Assembly: GCA_041691275.1 (NCBI GenBank)
Contig: JBEPUZ010000001.1
Coordinates: 21,400-85,399 of the forward strand
From: Actinomycetota bacterium
GTDB lineage: Bacteria; Actinomycetota; Acidimicrobiia; IMCC26256; PALSA-610
Length of the DNA: 64,000 bases
Reading direction: 5' to 3'
Under the pieces are notes generated by a model. It saw only the letters and a program-made list of their open reading frames with translations, did no database searches and was not told the DNA's origin. Positions 1 to 9,466 of this stretch are shown here, in pieces. The position numbers and the translations under genes were made by a program. Numbering within the stretch: position 1 is the first letter of the stretch; each line of letters begins with the position of its first letter.

Positions 1-68
1 CAGACGATCCGGATGCGGTGAACAGAACTTCCATGGAGGCTCCGGAGGCGGTGAAGGGAAGTGGGAGA

Positions 69-446
69 TCAGGCGACGACGTACATGAACGAGAAGTCGC
101 ACGCGATCGCGCCCTGCGCGCCCGTCGCCGTGGCGCTGGCCGTGAACGCGTTTGCCGCGAACGACATCGGGATCGACGGGCCGAGCGCGGCCGCGCCGGG
201 GACGAACGCGCCGGAGGCGCCCGTGCCGGTCGTCGCGACCGGCACCGGAATCACGACGGTGCCTGCGCCCGCGCCGCTGGCCGCGACCGTGAGCCGCGCG
301 CGCACCGTGACGGTGTTGAGCACGCGGATGTACTCGGCGTTCACGAGCGCGCCGGAGAGCACCCCGGTGAACGTCGGCACCGGGGTGTACGGACCAGCCG
401 CGAGGTTGAGGGCGCCCGTCGTCGTTCCGTTGAACAGGATTTCCAT
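69..446 (-). CDS. Hypothetical beta-strand-rich protein (possible virion decoration/spike domain)
   Basis: 125 aa A/T/G/V-rich ORF; TAGGGT 5 nt upstream of the ATG. Confidence 0.6.
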   Translation of the reverse strand: MEILFNGTTTGALNLAAGPYTPVPTFTGVLSGALVNAEYIRVLNTVTVRARLTVAASGAGAGTVVIPVPVATTGTGASGAFVPGAAALGPSIPMSFAANAFTASATATGAQGAIACDFSFMYVVA

Positions 447-517
447 CGCCCACCCTAGCGCGACCCGGGGCTGAGACGCCCGTGGCGCGCGCGCTCGGCC
501 TCGCGCTAGGGTGGCGG

Positions 518-898
518 ATGGCTCTCACCGTCGCGCTCATCCTGAACGGCACTCACCACGCTTCGACCTCCGGCACCGGCGGAGGCGGCGGATCGACCGC
601 GCTCACGATCGGCGCGGGCGTCGGCCAGGTCCCGGCGACCGGCGCGGGGCAATTGCTCCAGGTCGAGCTCCCGTTCCCGGCCTCGCAGTGGTCCGGCTCC
701 GACGCCCAGGCCTCGTTCGCGCGGCAGCTGTACGTCCAGTGCCAGTCCCTCGACGGCAACGTCACGGCCATCGTCGCGCACGGCACGCCGGTCGTGTTCC
801 CGGCCGGGGCTCTGCCCCGCGCGCAGTTCCTCGTCGATCTCACGGCCGCGGGCGCGGTGCAGATGTGGGTCAAGTCCGAGGCGACCGTCTCGCGCTGA
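518..898 (+). CDS. Hypothetical beta-rich protein (possible virion protein)
   Basis: Starts MALTVALILNG at ATG 518, TAGGGT 5 nt upstream; divergent from the 69-446 gene. Confidence 0.6.
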   Translation: MALTVALILNGTHHASTSGTGGGGGSTALTIGAGVGQVPATGAGQLLQVELPFPASQWSGSDAQASFARQLYVQCQSLDGNVTAIVAHGTPVVFPAGALPRAQFLVDLTAAGAVQMWVKSEATVSR

Positions 899-945
899 TC
901 TTCGTCGCCTCGTGAATATCTGCCGATCGCCTGCGTCTCAGGCGC

Positions 946-1338
946 ATGGTGACCCTCTCCGGCTCGCGCTCCGCGCTGATCGATCTCGGCTCTCGGCTGA
1001 AGAGCATCCTCGGGCTGAAGCAGGTGAAGGTCCGGTCCTCCCCTCACTCGAGCGGCATCGTCGAGTGGGACTTCGAGTACGATCCGCAGCTGACCGAGCC
1101 GCAGGCCGAGGTGCTCGCCGCGTCGCTGGGGCTTCCCAAGGCGCAGGGCGAGCTCGCGTCGGGGCCTGACTTCCGGCTCTGGACGGGGCGGCCGCTGCCG
1201 AGCATGGCCGACATCGAGCGCGCCTGGATCCTCCACGTGCTCGCGCAGTGCGGCGGCAACAAGTCGCGCACCGCGCGCATGCTCGGCATCGATCGCCGGA
1301 CGTTGTACCGCAAGGTCGCGCGGTGGATTGTGGGGTGA
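946..1338 (+). CDS. Fis-family helix-turn-helix protein
   Basis: C-terminal LPSMADIERAWILHVLAQCGGNKSRTARMLGIDRRTLYRKV, typical of the HTH of sigma54 activators and Fis. Confidence 0.8.
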   Translation: MVTLSGSRSALIDLGSRLKSILGLKQVKVRSSPHSSGIVEWDFEYDPQLTEPQAEVLAASLGLPKAQGELASGPDFRLWTGRPLPSMADIERAWILHVLAQCGGNKSRTARMLGIDRRTLYRKVARWIVG

Positions 1339-1418
1339 CGGCGAGGCGATTGACGCCGGATTCCGTCCGTGCGAGCGTGTGGCAGGGTGGTAGACGCCTC
1401 GGCGTCGGAGGAGGGTCG

Positions 1419-1859
1419 ATGAAGATCTACATCGCGGGCTCGAGCAAGGATATCGAACGGTGTGAGATGTGGCGGGACCGCTGCATCGGTCTCGGCATCG
1501 AGATCACCGAGGACTGGATGTCGGTGATGAGGGCGTCGCCGAACGAGCAACTGCTCGATCACGAGCGCCTCGTCGCGTGTGCAGCGGCCGATCTGCGCGG
1601 CGTCGAGGACGCCGACTACGTCTGGCTGCTCGCGCCGCCCGGGACCAAGCCCTCGGCCGGGTGCTGGAGCGAGCTCGCGTGGGCGTTCGCTCGCGGTGTG
1701 CCCGCGGTCTACTCGCCCCCGTCGGGTGAGCGGCCGCAGTTCTGCATCTTCACGGCGCTGCTCCCCCCTCAAGCCCTCTGTGCTTCCGACGACGAGGCGT
1801 TCGCGAAGCTCGAGTCGGCGTTGCGGATCGAGTCGCAGCTGGACGGGGTGGCGTCGTGA
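1419..1859 (+). CDS. Nucleoside 2-deoxyribosyltransferase-like protein
   Basis: MKIYIAG start, DLRGVEDAD and SAGCWSELAWA motifs; GGAGG RBS. Confidence 0.7.
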   Translation: MKIYIAGSSKDIERCEMWRDRCIGLGIEITEDWMSVMRASPNEQLLDHERLVACAAADLRGVEDADYVWLLAPPGTKPSAGCWSELAWAFARGVPAVYSPPSGERPQFCIFTALLPPQALCASDDEAFAKLESALRIESQLDGVAS

Positions 1860-2767
1860 GCGGCATGGGCGACTTCGACCACCACGCCGACTACCTCGAG
1901 CCCGACGAGTCGCCGGGGGCCCCCGACCGGCCGATCACGCCGAAGCCCGCCGTCGACTACCACCCGACCTCGCTCTTCAAGGTCGGAGACCGAGTCGCCC
2001 TCGACTGCGCCGAAGCCTGCAAGTGCGGGCTGCGCGGTCGCGAGACCGAGATCAAGCATGTCTTCTTCTCGATCGACGCGGGTGAGCCCGAAGAGGAACG
2101 CGACTACGCGGTCCTCCTGGACGGTGTCGGCTACGTGAAGGCGGGCGGATTGCGCAAGGTGCTGCACGCGCCTGTCGCCGGCGCACCCGCGAAGCTCGAG
2201 GTCCCGCCCTCGATCGAACCTGAGCCGCGCTTCAAGGTCGGCGACCACGTCCGGTTGAAGACGGAGTCGCGCCACCTCCGCTACGACGACAGCGAGCCCG
2301 AGGTCATGCGCATCGTCCGGATCTACGGCGACGTCGCCGACATGTCGCACGACATCCAGCCCGGGATGCCGGCTCCGTGGGGTCTCGAGCATCTCGTTCA
2401 CGTCGAGACGAACGCGACCTGTACGCGGTGCGGGTACGGCGCGTATCAAGGCCTGTTCTCGGCCTCGTGCAATCGCCCGGGCGGGTGCAAGACGATCGAG
2501 GAGCGGATCGGCGAGCCGGTCGACGGACAGGACATCGTCGTCGTGCGCGGGCGCCACTCCTCACCGAAGCGACACATGGTGGGCTGGAACAACGAGACGG
2601 CATTTCGCGTCACCGGCCGTGACGGCCTCTTTGCCATCAGAGGGCTCGCCATCGACGAGTGGAGATCGATGCGCCGGCGGGAGCTCGCGACCGAGGACTT
2701 CGCGACGGCGCTCAGAGAGGGAATCAAGGCCGGGATCGCGCGTCTCGTCGCGAAGGGTCCGCGGTGA
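1856..2767 (+). CDS. Hypothetical protein with two FKVGD(R/H)V SH3/KOW-like modules and a CxxC
   Basis: 303 aa ORF, translationally coupled on both sides. Confidence 0.55.
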   Translation: MSGMGDFDHHADYLEPDESPGAPDRPITPKPAVDYHPTSLFKVGDRVALDCAEACKCGLRGRETEIKHVFFSIDAGEPEEERDYAVLLDGVGYVKAGGLRKVLHAPVAGAPAKLEVPPSIEPEPRFKVGDHVRLKTESRHLRYDDSEPEVMRIVRIYGDVADMSHDIQPGMPAPWGLEHLVHVETNATCTRCGYGAYQGLFSASCNRPGGCKTIEERIGEPVDGQDIVVVRGRHSSPKRHMVGWNNETAFRVTGRDGLFAIRGLAIDEWRSMRRRELATEDFATALREGIKAGIARLVAKGPR

Positions 2768-3654
2768 CCGACCACTCCGCCGCGGCCGCGCTCCTCGACG
2801 ACTGGGCCTCGCGCGCCGGCAAGGCCGCTCCGAAGCCCGTCGAACCGCAGGCGCCGGCCGACATGCTCTTTCGCATCGCGCCTGAGAAGCTCTGCATTCC
2901 GGGGTACGACGACACCCAGGAGGGCGACCCCTACCGCAACGCCTTGCCGATCGATCCGGCGATGGTGCTCTCGGTGATGGCGCTCGGCGTGCTCGAGCCG
3001 ATCATCGTCCGCAAGCGCCCCGACGGGGTGCTCGAAGTCATCGCCGGGCGACAGCGGACGCGGCATGCGCGCGAGGCGAACAGGCGCTTGCTCGCCGAGG
3101 GCGAACACCCGATCACGGTGCTCGTCAACATCAAGGGTGGTCGGTTCTCGCCCGAGATGGCGTTCATCGTCGACACGACCTTGAACGAGCACCGCGTGAA
3201 CGATCCGCCATCGGTGAAGGTCCGCAAGGCCGCCAAGATGGCCGCGCAGGGCATTGCCGTGCTCTCGATCGCGACCGCGTACCGCGTCGAGCCGCAAATG
3301 GTCGAGCGGTGGCTGCAGGCCTCCCGCGCGTCCATGCCTGTCGCGATCGCGCTCGACGCGGGCAAGATCACCATCGCGACCGCAGCCGACCTGTCGCTCC
3401 ACGACGAGCTCGCGCAGATCGACGCCCTCGAGAAGCTCGCGCTCATCGCCCCCCAGCGCAGCGCCGAGGCTGCGGTCGCGCGGGCCATCGTCAGACGCGA
3501 GCCCCTGCCCGGTAGCGTCCCGAAGCGCGCCGTGCGCTGGATCCTCGACGCGCCCGAGCAGTTCTCGGCCGACTTCATCCGCGGGATCAAGTTCGTGCGC
3601 GGCGAGCTCACGGCCGAGGAAGTGCGCGAGATCCTCGAGCGGGTGGGGCGATGA
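2764..3654 (+). CDS. ParB/Srx N-terminal domain protein
   Basis: GVLEPIIVR...EVIAGRQRTR ParB-like box, followed by an HTH-like region; GTG start overlaps upstream stop. Confidence 0.75.
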   Translation: MTDHSAAAALLDDWASRAGKAAPKPVEPQAPADMLFRIAPEKLCIPGYDDTQEGDPYRNALPIDPAMVLSVMALGVLEPIIVRKRPDGVLEVIAGRQRTRHAREANRRLLAEGEHPITVLVNIKGGRFSPEMAFIVDTTLNEHRVNDPPSVKVRKAAKMAAQGIAVLSIATAYRVEPQMVERWLQASRASMPVAIALDAGKITIATAADLSLHDELAQIDALEKLALIAPQRSAEAAVARAIVRREPLPGSVPKRAVRWILDAPEQFSADFIRGIKFVRGELTAEEVREILERVGR

Positions 3655-3854
3655 CCCCCGAGCGACTGGCGGAGATACGCTACCAGCTCGGCGATCTGAG
3701 CGGCGAGAACGAGGTCATGGTCGACGAGCTGGAAGCGTTGCGCGTGGCACGTGACTACGCGCGAGAGATGGCGCGGTCAGGCACGAAGAGGACGCTGCGC
3801 GAGTACGCATCCGCCACGCGCGCGCTGATCCTCGAGCTGGCAGGTGAGCCGTGA
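3651..3854 (+). CDS. Hypothetical protein
   Basis: MTPERLAEIR start, ATGA coupling. Confidence 0.5.
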   Translation: MTPERLAEIRYQLGDLSGENEVMVDELEALRVARDYAREMARSGTKRTLREYASATRALILELAGEP

Positions 3855-4759
3855 CGCTGCGAGAAGCAGCGGAGGCGATGCTCGAAGCGCTGGACGAGCC
3901 GCAGGAGACGGGCACGAGCGAGGACGGCGAAGGCTTCGTCTCACTCTCGTCGCTGTGGGCAGAAGCCGAAGCCCTCCGCACCGCCCTTGCAGCCGACCCG
4001 GACACGTCTGCGCGAGAGGCGGTGACGCCGGCCGACGCAGCGATCGCCGCGCTCAGCGATTTGCTGGAGATGACCGCCGACTGCCTGCCGGTCGAGCATG
4101 CGCAGCGAGAGCGGGCGATGCGTGCGAGCCGATTCAAACGCACGGCGGAAGCGGCTGATGCGTACACGGCGCGCGTGCGAGCGGAAGTGATCGCCGAGGT
4201 ACGCGTCGCGCTCGCTGGGGACCTGCCGAGCGGCGTCGTGCTCTCGCCAGAGGTCGCGGTGATTCGCGAGGCCGTGCGCGTGACGATGGACCTGCCGACG
4301 ATGAGCGACGGAACGAGACTCAACCGAGCGACCTACGAGAAGCTCATCGCCGAGAATATCGCGCGCGTCGAGGCCGCGATGCCGCAGTGCCCCGAGCGCG
4401 ATCACACCGTGGCGATCCTCCAGCGCTCTGCTGAGCACGAGTACCGCACTCATCCCGAGACGCTGGCGGTAGAGCAGGCGATGGCCGTGGCGCAGCAAGC
4501 ATGGTTCGAGGCATCGGGACGACGCCCGCTCGACGACGCAGAGCTACGCGCCATCGTCGCCTCCGTGCTCGATCCCATCGCAGTGGAGAGAGCGCGGCTG
4601 CGCGAGGCGGTGGTCGAGGCGGCGATGGCTCAGGATGCGTCTGGACGCGAAGCGCTCGGGCGGCGCGACGTGGACAGCATCCTCGTCGCGACCGGCAGGC
4701 ACCTGACCGCCTGCGCCGTCCTCCGAGCCCACATCGCGAAGCACGGAGATGCTCCGTGA
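3851..4759 (+). CDS. Hypothetical helical protein
   Basis: 302 aa ORF, GTGA coupling. Confidence 0.55.
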   Translation: MTLREAAEAMLEALDEPQETGTSEDGEGFVSLSSLWAEAEALRTALAADPDTSAREAVTPADAAIAALSDLLEMTADCLPVEHAQRERAMRASRFKRTAEAADAYTARVRAEVIAEVRVALAGDLPSGVVLSPEVAVIREAVRVTMDLPTMSDGTRLNRATYEKLIAENIARVEAAMPQCPERDHTVAILQRSAEHEYRTHPETLAVEQAMAVAQQAWFEASGRRPLDDAELRAIVASVLDPIAVERARLREAVVEAAMAQDASGREALGRRDVDSILVATGRHLTACAVLRAHIAKHGDAP

Positions 4760-4922
4760 CGGGCAAGTGCGCGACATGTGCTCACCGCTTCTCAGGTCGT
4801 CCGGTCTGGACGTGGGACGGACGCGAGAAGGCGCTCTTCGTCGACCGTCCGATGCGCGACGGCGATTGCTATTGGTGTTTCTGTCGTGCGCTCGTGCGGA
4901 TGATGGACCCGAGGAGACCACG

Positions 4923-5144
4923 ATGAACGCCACCTTCCACGTCGAGAAGATCGAGACCTCGAAGACGCCGGCGCACGTCGACGTGTACGTCCGATACGAC
5001 GGAGGCGCGATCGTGCTGACGTTCCCGGACACCTACCCGAAGAGCACCGTGCTCGTGAACATCAAGAACGAGATCCGGACTCTGATGCACCAAAGAGACA
5101 CGAAGAAGCGCCTGGCTTCTTTGCTGGGGAGGCACGACCTGTGA
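4923..5144 (+). CDS. Hypothetical protein
   Basis: GAGGAG RBS then MNATFHVEK. Confidence 0.55.
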   Translation: MNATFHVEKIETSKTPAHVDVYVRYDGGAIVLTFPDTYPKSTVLVNIKNEIRTLMHQRDTKKRLASLLGRHDL

Positions 5145-5293
5145 AGGTGGTTGTAGGCTTCTCGGGTGGTGTTACGTCCGCATGGTGCGCTGGGTGGGCG
5201 CTCCGCAACCACCCACGCGAGGACGTGACGTTGCTCTTTAAGGTCGGCATGCGCGAGAAGATCGACATCGGCGTTTGCGACTGTGGAGATTGA
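5141..5293 (+). pseudogene. Internally deleted PAPS-reductase/PP-loop family remnant (50 aa)
   Basis: Reads VKVVVGFSGGVTSAW...LLFK directly into DIGVCDCGD*; PP-loop SGG start and Cys-rich end with no core. Confidence 0.5.
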
Positions 5294-5294
5294 G

Positions 5295-5633
5295 ATGAAA
5301 CTACCTCCTGAGCTCACCTCGCTCGTCCGCGCCGCCGCCAAGACCGTCGAGGCCTGGCGCGGGCTCAAGGAGGCACACCGCGACGAGTCGGTGAAGGCGC
5401 GCGCCCGCCACGAGAAGGCGCTCTGGGCCTCGCTCGAGAAGCTCGACACGAGCCTCAGCGAGGTCATGAAGCTCGCCAAGCGCCCGAACGAGCCGATCGA
5501 CGCCGAGGCGCTCTTCGCCAACATCATGAAGGGCATCGAGCTCGCGGGACGCGTCGTCGGGCGAGCTCGTTCGATCGGCTCGACCGCAGGGTCTCGAGTC
5601 GGCCGCATCATCGACGTGAAGCCGGAGGAGTGA
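5295..5633 (+). CDS. Hypothetical coiled-coil protein
   Basis: GGAG RBS, MKLPPEL start. Confidence 0.55.
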   Translation: MKLPPELTSLVRAAAKTVEAWRGLKEAHRDESVKARARHEKALWASLEKLDTSLSEVMKLAKRPNEPIDAEALFANIMKGIELAGRVVGRARSIGSTAGSRVGRIIDVKPEE

Positions 5634-5766
5634 TGCGTCCGCCCGTCGCCCTCACGAACGCCTTGTTCCGCGTGCCGTGCCAGTGCGTGCACTGCAAGGC
5701 CGGTCGGCGTCGCCGCAACGGTGATCCGGTTCGGCTGCCTGCTCAGATGACGGGCGTCAGAAGGTA

Positions 5767-5900
5767 GCGAGTTCGACTCTCGCAGATCTCCGTACGGTGG
5801 CGTGGTGCGAATCCGCGCAGGCTAGTGGGGTGTGGACCCAGCCGATGTAGTTAGCCGGAAAGAGATCCGGCGCGCGGCGCCTCGACCTCGGTCGGGGCGT
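5767..5900 (+). ncRNA. Candidate structured RNA with T-loop hairpins
   Basis: GCGAG-TTCGACT-CTCGC (5767-5783), GCGTGG-TGCGAAT-CCGCGC, GGGT-GTGG-ACCC and GCCGGA-AAGAGA-TCCGGC hairpins in an intergenic gap. Confidence 0.35.
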
Positions 5901-5915
5901 TCGTCGTTCGGCGAC

Positions 5916-6386
5916 TTACGACGCGTGTCCGAACAGCTCGCAGACGAGGTTGTAGACGAACGCGATCACCGTGACGCCGAACATCAGATCGACCGAGCTC
6001 GAGCCTTCCTTGGAGCGACGTGGCCCGCTCGAGCCTTCCTTGGAGCGACGTGGCCCGCTCGGGACGGTGTCGTCGGGCTCGAGCGCGGCGGGTTCGAGCG
6101 CGGCCGGTGCGGCGGGGTCAGATGCGGCGGCGACCGGCACCGGCGTCGGGGCTCTCGGCGGCACGCGCACGAACGCCGCCCAGAACGCTGACAGGACCGT
6201 ACCGATCGCGGTCGCGGTCTCGGCCGCGGCCGTCGGATCGCTCAGGAAGTGCGCGAGGCTGTTTCCGAGGTGCTCCCAGCGCGCGTCCGGGACGAAGATG
6301 GCGATCACGGCCGTGACGAACGCGAGGCCCAGCACGAGCACGATGTGCTTCCAGTCGTTCAGGAAATCCGACATCTTCTTCGTCAT
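5916..6386 (-). CDS. Membrane protein, holin-like
   Basis: Two to three hydrophobic segments; contains a 30-bp tandem duplication (SGPRRSKEGS x2). Confidence 0.55.
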   Translation of the reverse strand: MTKKMSDFLNDWKHIVLVLGLAFVTAVIAIFVPDARWEHLGNSLAHFLSDPTAAAETATAIGTVLSAFWAAFVRVPPRAPTPVPVAAASDPAAPAALEPAALEPDDTVPSGPRRSKEGSSGPRRSKEGSSSVDLMFGVTVIAFVYNLVCELFGHAS

Positions 6387-6820
6387 TTCGGTCCAGTCAC
6401 TTTCTTGATCTTGCCGGTTTCCCCGGTCCGTCCCTGAGCCCCGCCGCCCGAGCCCTCAACCTGGAACTTTTCGGCCATCTCGAGGGCGACCTGGGTCGCT
6501 CGCTCCTCAGCCTTGTGCGCCCGCTCCTCGGCCTTGCGGCGAAGGTTGTTCGCCGCCTCGACCTCGCGGAGCATGATCGCGCGCTCGCTCTCGATCTGCT
6601 TCTCGAGCTCCTCGATCTTCGTGTCGGAGGCGAGCGCGTGTCTCTGCGCCATCTCCATACCGATGCGCGCGGCCGACGACTCCTGGTGCGCGGTCTCGGC
6701 CTTGGCGCGATTCTGATCCGCACCATGCTCGCGCGCCTTCGCATTCGAGCGGGCGATACCGAACGCCGCCACGAGCACGCCAAGCGCCCCCGTCAGGATC
6801 CGCAACCACTGCTCGTCCAT
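6383..6820 (-). CDS. N-terminal TM plus coiled-coil protein (lysis accessory-like)
   Basis: ILTGALGVLVAAFGIA followed by an E/K/A/R heptad region. Confidence 0.6.
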   Translation of the reverse strand: MDEQWLRILTGALGVLVAAFGIARSNAKAREHGADQNRAKAETAHQESSAARIGMEMAQRHALASDTKIEELEKQIESERAIMLREVEAANNLRRKAEERAHKAEERATQVALEMAEKFQVEGSGGGAQGRTGETGKIKKVTGPK

Positions 6821-6898
6821 AGGTCACGTCTGCCTCGCCACCGACTACCCTACCGTGCCGGTGGCCTCGCGCGCCCGTGTCGAGGTAGGCTCTACCCC

Positions 6899-7840
6899 AT
6901 GTCCGCAGCCGCGATGCTCTACACGGCCGTGGTCGGCAACGTCTCGCCGAACGCGTTCCTCGCCGCAACGCAGACGGCCGCCCAGACCGCGCCGGTGAAC
7001 CTGACCCCGGGTCCGTGGACCTCGGCCCAGATCACCGTGCCGGTCGAGAGCGCGCCGGTCTACAGCTTCCCCGCGAGCGCCAGCCCGACCGACGCACAGC
7101 AGACCGCCGCGCTCCGGCTCGGTAGCGATCCGCTCACGGCCGCGCAGCGCGCCTCGCTCGCGTCCTCGCTCGGGATGGCGAGCGCGGGCACCGGCCTCTA
7201 CGGCACCTCGGGGCCGTTCCAGGGCGTGTACTTCGGCAACGTCCCGTCGCCGATGCCGGCGAGCGTGCTGATCTCGGCGTTCAAGCAGGTCTTCGTGAAC
7301 CCGACCGGCGCCGCACCCTCGCTCTCGTGGCGCGGAACGCTCGCCGCCCGCGTCGCCAACACCATGCACGCCTTCACTTCGAGCGCCGCGCTCTGGGGTT
7401 CGACCCCGGCCGGTGATCGCGGCGTGCCGGCCAATCCGGCCTTCGTCGAGGCGGCGCCGGGCGCCGACTACGGCATCTTGCTCGGGCTCGGAGGCGTGGC
7501 GCTGCTCGCGTACGTCGCCTCGCGCGGAACCGCGAAGAAGCCGTTGCTCGCCGGCTGGCGGGCTCGAACGTCCGACATCAAATGCAAGCACGTCAACGTG
7601 GGCGACCAGCGAAGGCGTATGTGCTGGGATCGACAGGGACGTCTCGTCTCGAACACGGCGGTTACGCCGCCCACCGGCCTCGGCAAGCTCTCGACGAACC
7701 GAGAGGGCCTGACCTGGGAGGAGTGGCGGCGCGCGGCCGCCGTGAGCTCGTCGACGCGCGGGGCGCATGCGGCGTGGGTTCGGGGTGAGGATCCGACCGA
7801 ATGGCGGGCCGTGCGGCACGCGGGAGCGGCACGTCGATGA
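6899..7840 (+). CDS. Membrane-anchored virion protein with two small C-terminal modules
   Basis: TM GILLGLGGVALLAYVA, then LLAG/Cys module/GLG/Trp-rich module; TAGGCT 7 nt upstream. Confidence 0.6.
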   Translation: MSAAAMLYTAVVGNVSPNAFLAATQTAAQTAPVNLTPGPWTSAQITVPVESAPVYSFPASASPTDAQQTAALRLGSDPLTAAQRASLASSLGMASAGTGLYGTSGPFQGVYFGNVPSPMPASVLISAFKQVFVNPTGAAPSLSWRGTLAARVANTMHAFTSSAALWGSTPAGDRGVPANPAFVEAAPGADYGILLGLGGVALLAYVASRGTAKKPLLAGWRARTSDIKCKHVNVGDQRRRMCWDRQGRLVSNTAVTPPTGLGKLSTNREGLTWEEWRRAAAVSSSTRGAHAAWVRGEDPTEWRAVRHAGAARR

Positions 7841-8952
7841 ACCGCGCCGCTCCGATCACCGGTCAGCCCGGTCTCTATCGGCTCGCGGGAACCTCGAACC
7901 TCAACGGTCTCGGCATCTCCGTCGACTCGCTGAACGCGAAGGTGACTGCGGTGCAGGCGCAGTACGACGCGCTCAAGACCTCGATGACGCCGCTGCTCAA
8001 TGCCTATGGCCCGCTCGATCAGGACTCCCTCAAGCGCGTGCTCGCGGCCGTGCAACAGGCCGGGAGCTCGCCCGCGATCATCGGCGCCGCGTCGTTCGTC
8101 GGCGTGCTGCGCCTGGCGCTCGCATCCTCGGTCGGCAACATCGCTCGGGCGCGCGCGATCCTCGCGGGCTCGCCGACCGGGCACGAGGACATCGTCGCGA
8201 ACCTGCTGACCACGGCGCAGAACGTCCTCGATGCGACCGACACGCTCGTCTCGAGCGCGGTCGCTGCACAGGGAGCCGTCGCCTCGGGCGTGCGCCGTCT
8301 CGGCCTCAGCGGTGGACTCGGCGTGTTCGGGATCGACGACGCGACTGCTGTTCTCGGGATCCTCGCCGCCGTCGGGCTCGTCGTCGGCGCCGTGTTGATC
8401 TACGCGGTCTTCGTCCAGGTCCAAGCCGCATCGAACGCGCGCGATGTCGCCGACTCGGCCTGCGCTAGAGACGCGGCCGCAGGCCATCCGTGCACCGGCA
8501 CGCAGTGGGCTCAATACCGCACCGACGCCGACGCGCAGGCCCGCCGGCAGAGCGTCGTCCCGGACTTCAGCGACATCCTGCAGTCGGTCGGCTCGCTCAT
8601 CTTCTGGGGCGGACTGCTCGCGGTCGGTGCCGCGGTCGGATACGCCGTGTGGACGACGCTGCCGGCGGCGACGGTCGCGCGCTCGTCATTGACGCGCCGG
8701 GCGAGCTCGCTCGGTCGCCTCGACGGCACGCCGGCCGAGCACTTCGCGAAGGCCGAGCAGCTGCTCGGCAAGGCCCGTCGCGAGCGCGAGCGCGGACGCT
8801 TCACCGATGCACTCGTGACGGCGTCGGCGGCGAACGCCGAGGCCCAGTGGACGGGCGACTATCGGCTCAAGGGCGAGACGTACCACGAGGTCGGGATGGC
8901 GAAGGCCGGGATCCGGATGGGTCTCGGCGGAACAGCAAAGAAGAGGCGATGA
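7837..8952 (+). CDS. Multi-TM putative virion membrane protein
   Basis: Two TM helices, LNGLG and LSGGLG motifs, basic tail GLGGTAKKRR. Confidence 0.65.
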   Translation: MNRAAPITGQPGLYRLAGTSNLNGLGISVDSLNAKVTAVQAQYDALKTSMTPLLNAYGPLDQDSLKRVLAAVQQAGSSPAIIGAASFVGVLRLALASSVGNIARARAILAGSPTGHEDIVANLLTTAQNVLDATDTLVSSAVAAQGAVASGVRRLGLSGGLGVFGIDDATAVLGILAAVGLVVGAVLIYAVFVQVQAASNARDVADSACARDAAAGHPCTGTQWAQYRTDADAQARRQSVVPDFSDILQSVGSLIFWGGLLAVGAAVGYAVWTTLPAATVARSSLTRRASSLGRLDGTPAEHFAKAEQLLGKARRERERGRFTDALVTASAANAEAQWTGDYRLKGETYHEVGMAKAGIRMGLGGTAKKRR

Positions 8953-9455
8953 ACATGTTCTACGGCTTGATGTCGCGATCGACGATCCTCCTCGGCCTCG
9001 TGCTCACCGCGTGCTCGGCGACTCCCCCGCAGGTCGCGCACACCGCGCTCGATCTCACCTCGATCGGCGTCGACCACGTCGACTCGATCTCGGCCGACGT
9101 CTACACCGCGCACGCGCGCGTCGCGCTCGCTGCGGCCTCGACGCTGCCCGAGTACACGAGCGCGATGGTGCCCTACGACACGCTCGAGAGCGCGCTCGTC
9201 TCGACGCACTCGCTTCTGCTCGCCGCCGACGAGGCGATCAACGCCTGGGACGCCGGAGGGCACGCGCAGTGGCTCGCGCTCGCGGCGTGCATCTTCGCTT
9301 CGCTGAGCAACATCGAGGACTCGCTGCAGACGATGGGCGTGACGTTGCCTCCTGAGCTCACCGTCGCGATCAGCGCGATGGTCGCGTTCGCCGGGACGTG
9401 TCCGCCGGCGCTCGCGGCTCCGTCGTCAACATCCGCGGCCCCCTCACCCACCTGA
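8949..9455 (+). CDS. Lipoprotein
   Basis: Lipobox ILLGLVLTAC. Confidence 0.6.
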   Translation: MNMFYGLMSRSTILLGLVLTACSATPPQVAHTALDLTSIGVDHVDSISADVYTAHARVALAAASTLPEYTSAMVPYDTLESALVSTHSLLLAADEAINAWDAGGHAQWLALAACIFASLSNIEDSLQTMGVTLPPELTVAISAMVAFAGTCPPALAAPSSTSAAPSPT

Positions 9456-9466
9456 AGGAGACGATC

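Noticed and set aside
5720-5795. Canonical tRNA gene
   Set aside because: Only the T arm is good; no D arm, no paired anticodon stem, mismatched acceptor stem and no CCA
5798-5822. Cobalamin riboswitch (GGTGCGAATCC hairpin)
   Set aside because: Lacks the GGGAA and B12-box elements and has no downstream same-strand gene
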